DNA of 32,000 nt from Raphidiopsis brookii D9 (GTDB lineage: Bacteria; Cyanobacteriota; Cyanobacteriia; Cyanobacteriales; Nostocaceae). Shown here piece by piece: positions 28,408-32,000 of this stretch. Below the pieces are notes generated by a model. That model searched no databases. It saw only the letters and a list, made by a program, of their open reading frames with translations, and was not told where the DNA came from. The DNA lies in NCBI GenBank assembly GCA_000175855.1, contig ACYB01000019.1:54084-86083 (forward strand), given 5' to 3'. Every line of letters begins with the position of its first letter. Within the stretch, counting starts at the first letter, position 1. A program made the translations under genes and the position numbers.

Positions 28408-30521
28408 TATGCTTCCTCATCCTCATACACCAAACCTTGCCAACTAAATTGTCCGTAACGTCCTTCTTTGGCTTTGTCAAAAGCCTTAATCAATGGTTGG
28501 TCATTGATTTTATCGATAATTTCCTTCATTTCTTGCAGTTGTTGATGTGCTTCATCAACCATCACACCCCGTAATTTTGGCAATAATTTTTGTCCAAACT
28601 GATCCGCAAGAGCAAATTTAAAGGACTCGGAATCAATACCATTAACTTCTGGATAGTTAACAACATATTGAGCAATAGCTTGATATACACGATGGGCGAA
28701 GGGATGTCCCATTTTTTCCATGACTTTATTGGCTTCATTCAGGTAAGATTCGACCTCTTTAACCACATCCGATTCAGGAACTGGAGTTCTCACCCAGTTT
28801 TGAAAATCAGAATAGGTTACGTAACTGGAATCCCGATTATTAACCAGATTATCAGAATGTTGATTAACAGTTATTTGTTGACCCGATCTTTGACGCAATT
28901 TTAAATTTTGGGGTCTACCAAAAGTTAAAACATTTGCTTTATCCAAGACCTTATCTGACAAGGTTTGTGTAGTTTCATCCTCATTCATGGTTCCCACAAA
29001 TAAAAAGGCTTTAGGAATTTCTAACCGCCGTTCGCTTTCAGCAATTGGCAGACTACCAACATCGATTTCTAAATAGGTGGCATGATTGCGACGACTTTCT
29101 AATTTAGACAAGAACTCACTGAAATAATATTCTACCCTAGCCAAGTTCATTTCATCCAGTAATACTATAACTATTCTATTACTCATTTCTGGATCTTTAT
29201 ACTGATAGAGTCCTCTCATTAATTGGGTGGGTTTAAATTTCTTTTCCAGATAGTTATAAAACCCCTGTAAATCTTGAGGAGAATCCCAGCGTGGTTGTAC
29301 AGCTAATGTGAGTAATTGGGCTCCAATATAATTGGCGTATCTTTGGGGAAGTTCACTTTTACCGGTACCACTAATACCCGCTAAAATCACTAGAGCAGAA
29401 ATATCTTGTACCTTTAAAGATGTATGAAAAGCCTTAATTGTTCGGCTTGAAAAACTTAATCCTTCACTCCTGAGACTGGTAATAAAGTTTTGTATAAACT
29501 GGGTTTCTCCTTCTAGTTGTCTAACTTGTCTAGGTAAGTTGGTCCATAATTTCTCCCGTAAAGGTTCTAGGGCAACTCTACCACTATTTTCTATCTCTCT
29601 AATTTCTCCTCTGAGGTTGGCAATTGTTGTCTCAATCTCCAGTTTTGTTTGCTGTAAGTTATCAGTTTCAGTTTGTAGGTTATGATTCCTAGTTTGTAAA
29701 TTATTTCCTTCGTTTTCCAATTCTCTTAATCTTGATTCTTGATCTCTAATGGTTAGTGTTAAGCTACGGTATTGTTCTCTTAATTCTATCAGTTTTTGAT
29801 AGTTATTTTGATTTTCCTCAATAGTTTGTAAAATCCGCTGTTTCTCTAATTCTAATCTGTCTATTTCAGGGTTTAGTTGACTCACTTTTGCTTCATAATC
29901 TTGTTTTTGACTAAGAATTGCATCATAGGTAAAACGTAATAGTTCTAATTCAGCAGCACGTTGTTCCAATTCCTGAGACTGATTTGTTAGTTCTTGAACC
30001 CGTGCATTTAACCTATTTAAATCAGCTTTTTGAGAAACTATTTGTGACTCAACCGAATTAAGTTGTAATCTTTTAGAGTCTAAAGATTCGACTTGAGAGT
30101 TGAGTTGTGTAATTCTTGCTTCTAAATTGTTTCTATCAATTGTAGATTCTTCAATACTAGTACGCAGTGACCTTAAGTCAGCTTTAGATGCTTCAATTCT
30201 TCGTCCGAGTTCTTCCAATTCAGACAAATTGGGATTTTCCTGATTAATTACACGAATACAATTTTCCAGTTTTTGTTTTTCTTGTGTCAGAGTGGCGATC
30301 GTTTTATTGAGTTTTTTTTCCTCCAACTTACTGACAACAGAAGCTCCCATGATTGCTCCTGTGGTAATTCCCAATACTCCCACTCCAATTCTTCCAGTAA
30401 TACCACCCACACCAGCGATACTAATTCCAAATATAATACCACAGCTAAGCCCACCAACTATCATCCAATCTTTCATATTAATCAATACCTTTTTGAATGT
30501 AAAAGTAACTGTTTGTAGCAA
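28407..30521 (-). CDS. McrB-like AAA+ (AAA_5) NTPase with N-terminal glycine-zipper membrane segment and long coiled coil
   Basis: P-loop GISGTGKS (29355-29378). LAVQPRWDSPQDLQGFYN, Walker B VLLDEMNLARVEYYFSEFLS and FVGTMNEDE are all arranged as in McrB-family GTPases. Residues ~18-65 are Gly/Ile/Val-rich (GxxxG spacing). Residues ~66-345 are heptad-like and Q/E/L/N/R-rich. The track start is TTG 30521, and ATG 30476 (MKDWMIVGG) is more likely. Confidence 0.8.
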   Translation of the reverse strand: MLQTVTFTFKKVLINMKDWMIVGGLSCGIIFGISIAGVGGITGRIGVGVLGITTGAIMGASVVSKLEEKKLNKTIATLTQEKQKLENCIRVINQENPNLSELEELGRRIEASKADLRSLRTSIEESTIDRNNLEARITQLNSQVESLDSKRLQLNSVESQIVSQKADLNRLNARVQELTNQSQELEQRAAELELLRFTYDAILSQKQDYEAKVSQLNPEIDRLELEKQRILQTIEENQNNYQKLIELREQYRSLTLTIRDQESRLRELENEGNNLQTRNHNLQTETDNLQQTKLEIETTIANLRGEIREIENSGRVALEPLREKLWTNLPRQVRQLEGETQFIQNFITSLRSEGLSFSSRTIKAFHTSLKVQDISALVILAGISGTGKSELPQRYANYIGAQLLTLAVQPRWDSPQDLQGFYNYLEKKFKPTQLMRGLYQYKDPEMSNRIVIVLLDEMNLARVEYYFSEFLSKLESRRNHATYLEIDVGSLPIAESERRLEIPKAFLFVGTMNEDETTQTLSDKVLDKANVLTFGRPQNLKLRQRSGQQITVNQHSDNLVNNRDSSYVTYSDFQNWVRTPVPESDVVKEVESYLNEANKVMEKMGHPFAHRVYQAIAQYVVNYPEVNGIDSESFKFALADQFGQKLLPKLRGVMVDEAHQQLQEMKEIIDKINDQPLIKAFDKAKEGRYGQFSWQGLVYEDEEA

Positions 30522-30909
30522 TAAGACTATTTCAGTATAGGACGGGTCTAACGCACTCCTGTTGTATTGTTTTTACAAGATTCTGAGGAATCTGACAATG
30601 AGGGTAATATAAATAACTACAAAACACTCCCGCATCTATCAAAAGATAGATATTTAGGAAATTTTAAGGTAATATCTGAGTCAAGACTCGTTAAGACCTC
30701 CAGCAATAGGGATTGCTGGTGGTTTGGTCACTTCTACCATCCTTCAGTTTTTCTACCGGTGTTCTATGCTATTCTGGAGGGTTACTCCCCCAGAAACTTT
30801 CGCTGACATCAATTGTGAATAATTGGATAATTTGAGTTGTTGTAGAATGACATGTTGTACAATGGGTAACTATCAAAAATTTTACCTACAATAAGGAACC
30901 CCGGGAATT

Positions 30910-31050
30910 ATGGCGCGTCTAGCATTGCTGAGTGTATCAAACAAAACAAATATAATTAATCTGGCTCGAACCCTAGTAGAAGAATTTGATTTTGATATCA
31001 TCAGTAGTGGAGGAACTGCTAAAACCCTCAAAAATCCTGGGATACCTGTA
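30910..31050 (+). pseudogene. purH: purH 5' fragment (bifunctional AICAR transformylase/IMP cyclohydrolase, first ~47 codons only)
   Basis: [47 protein letters not shown] matches the PurH MGS-like N-terminus. Similarity stops after GIPV, and the ORF then reads through unrelated sequence to a stop at 31104. Confidence 0.7.
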
Positions 31051-31081
31051 AATGGCAGGTTGTTACTAAAGTTAAACCTAC

Positions 31082-31357
31082 TCCAGATTGACGAGTTCCC
31101 ATGACCTCTCCTGGACCGCGAAAGCGCATATCCATTTCAGAAATAAAAAACCCATCTTGTGACTGCTCTAAAACCTTCAATCGTTGTTGAGCATCCGGGT
31201 TTCTGGAACTACTCATTAAGAGAAAATAGGACTGGGCCATACCTCTACCTACGCGCCCCCGTAGTTGGTGTAACTGGGATAGTCCAAATCTCTCCGCATG
31301 TTCAATTAACATAACAGTAGCATTAGGTACGTCTACCCCTACTTCTACCACAGTAGC
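31082..31357 (-). pseudogene. recG: recG 3' fragment (SF2 helicase motifs V-VI region only)
   Basis: Track ORF 31028..31351 reads (T)[37 protein letters not shown]...[17 protein letters not shown], which is the RecG C-terminal helicase core. The upstream ~600 codons and the normal C-terminal tail are both missing. An in-frame TAA lies immediately upstream. Confidence 0.75.
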
Positions 31358-31392
31358 TGATTATTTGCAGAATAATTCTATCATTTTGAAAA
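31356..31392 (-). repeat. 37-nt duplicate of the 3' region of the 806-aa gene
   Basis: GCTGATTaTTTGCAGAATAATTCTATCATTTTGAAAA matches 20765-20801 with one mismatch. In the intact gene this encodes HFQNDRIILQTIS. Confidence 0.85.
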
Positions 31393-32000
31393 GGTCTTCC
31401 AATTCAGGTAAATTGGGATTTTGTTGATTAATGACAAGAACGCGATGTTCCAATTCCAGGGACTGATTTGTTAATTCCTGAACCCGTGCGTCTAACCTAT
31501 TTAAATCAACTTGTTGAGAAACTATTTGCGACTCAATCGAATTAAGTTCTAAGCTTTTAGAGTCTCTTCTGGATTCTAAAGATTCAACTTGAGAGTTGAG
31601 TTGTGTAATTCTTGCTTCTAAATTGTTTCTATCAATGGTAGATTCTTCAATACTAGTACGCAGTGACCTTAAGTCAGCAGCACGTTGTTCTAATTCCTGA
31701 GACTGATTTGTTAGTTCTTCAATCCGCGCGTCTAACCTATTTAAATCAGCTTGTTGAGAAACTATTTGCGACTCAACCGAATTAAGTTCTAATCTTTTAG
31801 AGTCTAAAGATTCAACTTGAGAGTTGAGTTGTGTAATTCTTGCTTCTAAATTGTTTCTATCAATTGTAGATTCTTCAATACTAGTACGCAGTGACCTTAA
31901 GTCAGCAGCACATTGTTCTAATTCCTGAGACTGATTTGTTAGTTCTTCAATCCGCGCGCCTAACCTATTTAAATCAGCTTGTTGAGAAACTATTTGCAGC
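31361..32000 (-). pseudogene. Partial coiled-coil ORF paralogous to the N-terminal half of the McrB-like gene; open to the window edge, with a chimeric 3' end
   Basis: Not in the supplied track because it is open at the right edge. My translation of the minus strand is ..ADLRSLRTSIEESTIDRNNLEARITQLNSQVESLDSKRLELNSVESQIVSQQADLNRLDARIEELTNQSQELEQRA (repeated) ..LELEHRVLVINQQNPNLPELEDLFKMIELFCK*, with stop TAA at 31361-31363. The last ~12 codons are the 806-gene fragment read out of frame. Confidence 0.6.
31449..32000 (-). repeat. In-frame tandem repeat, 228-bp (76-codon) unit, about 2.4 copies visible
   Basis: Unit starts at 31675 and 31903 (period 228). The first copy (~31449-31674) carries a 12-nt in-frame insertion. 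Unit 31675-31902 differs from 29951-30178 of the intact gene at about 10 positions by my hand alignment. Confidence 0.85.

Noticed and set aside
27866-30540. Plus-strand ORFs inside the island genes (27866..28135, 28590..28904, 30273..30518, 30292..30540)
   Set aside because: They are antisense to the McrC-like and McrB-like genes. The 30273-30540 pair simply mirrors the Gly-rich codons of the membrane segment, giving Pro/Thr/Ser-rich nonsense.
30522-30909. ORF 30567..30806, a possible -10 (TATACT on the minus strand, 30534-30539), and small hairpins at 30634-30651 (ATCTATC-AAAA-GATAGAT) and 30700-30719 (CCAGCAAT-AGGG-ATTGCTGG)
   Set aside because: The ORF has no support. The promoter and hairpins are plausible regulatory elements for the island operon, but they are short enough to occur by chance in AT-rich DNA and I have no conservation data, so I did not call them as features.
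20617-30909. Mobile-element hallmarks at the island borders (integrase, transposase, terminal inverted repeats, target-site duplication; the short direct repeat GATGGTGA-G-GATGGTGA at ~20651-20667)
   Set aside because: No recombinase gene is present, and I found no matching repeat at the right border. The 8-bp repeat is too short to interpret on its own.
31449-32000. Whether the regular repeats at the window end are a CRISPR array
   Set aside because: The units are 228 bp and directly abut with no unique spacers. They are in-frame with a continuous coiled-coil ORF and homologous to a protein-coding segment at 29951-30178.

Overview
The window looks like chromosomal DNA from an AT-rich filamentous (Nostocales-type) cyanobacterium. 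The evidence is frequent HIP1 octamers (GCGATCGC) and cyanobacterial-type housekeeping proteins. Positions 1-20.6 kb are ordinary core genome: murA 5' end, tRNA-Leu(CAG), TrmH-family methyltransferase, SNase-like lipoprotein, MlaF/MlaD-like pair, a frameshifted clpC, GT39 glycosyltransferase, aldo/keto reductase, phosphohexomutase, transglutaminase-like protein, P-type ATPase and recF. Positions 20.68-30.52 kb are different. This block is visibly more AT-rich, HIP1-poor and entirely minus-strand, with tightly coupled ORFs. It encodes a McrB-like AAA+ NTPase with an N-terminal glycine-zipper membrane segment and a long coiled coil, and a McrC/DUF2357-like protein that appears fragmented. It also encodes a 125-aa ORF, an Upf1/DNA2-like SF1 helicase (frameshifted), a 183-aa ORF, a two-HKD PLD-family nuclease and an 806-aa protein with no motif I can recognise. 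I read this as a McrBC-derived multi-nuclease defence island. The nearest known class I can recall is CoCoNuT-type systems, and it has features I cannot place in a described system. Beyond it, 30.9-32.0 kb is a patchwork of a purH 5' fragment, a recG 3' fragment and a 37-nt piece of the 806-aa gene. The patchwork ends in a partial second copy of the coiled-coil gene, carrying an in-frame 228-bp tandem repeat that runs off the window. This looks like the deletion scar of a second copy of the system. At least three genes (clpC, helicase, McrC-like) are broken where a one-base homopolymer change would restore them, so either sequencing error or genuine gene decay has to be settled first. I found no CRISPR array, rRNA, integrase or transposase.
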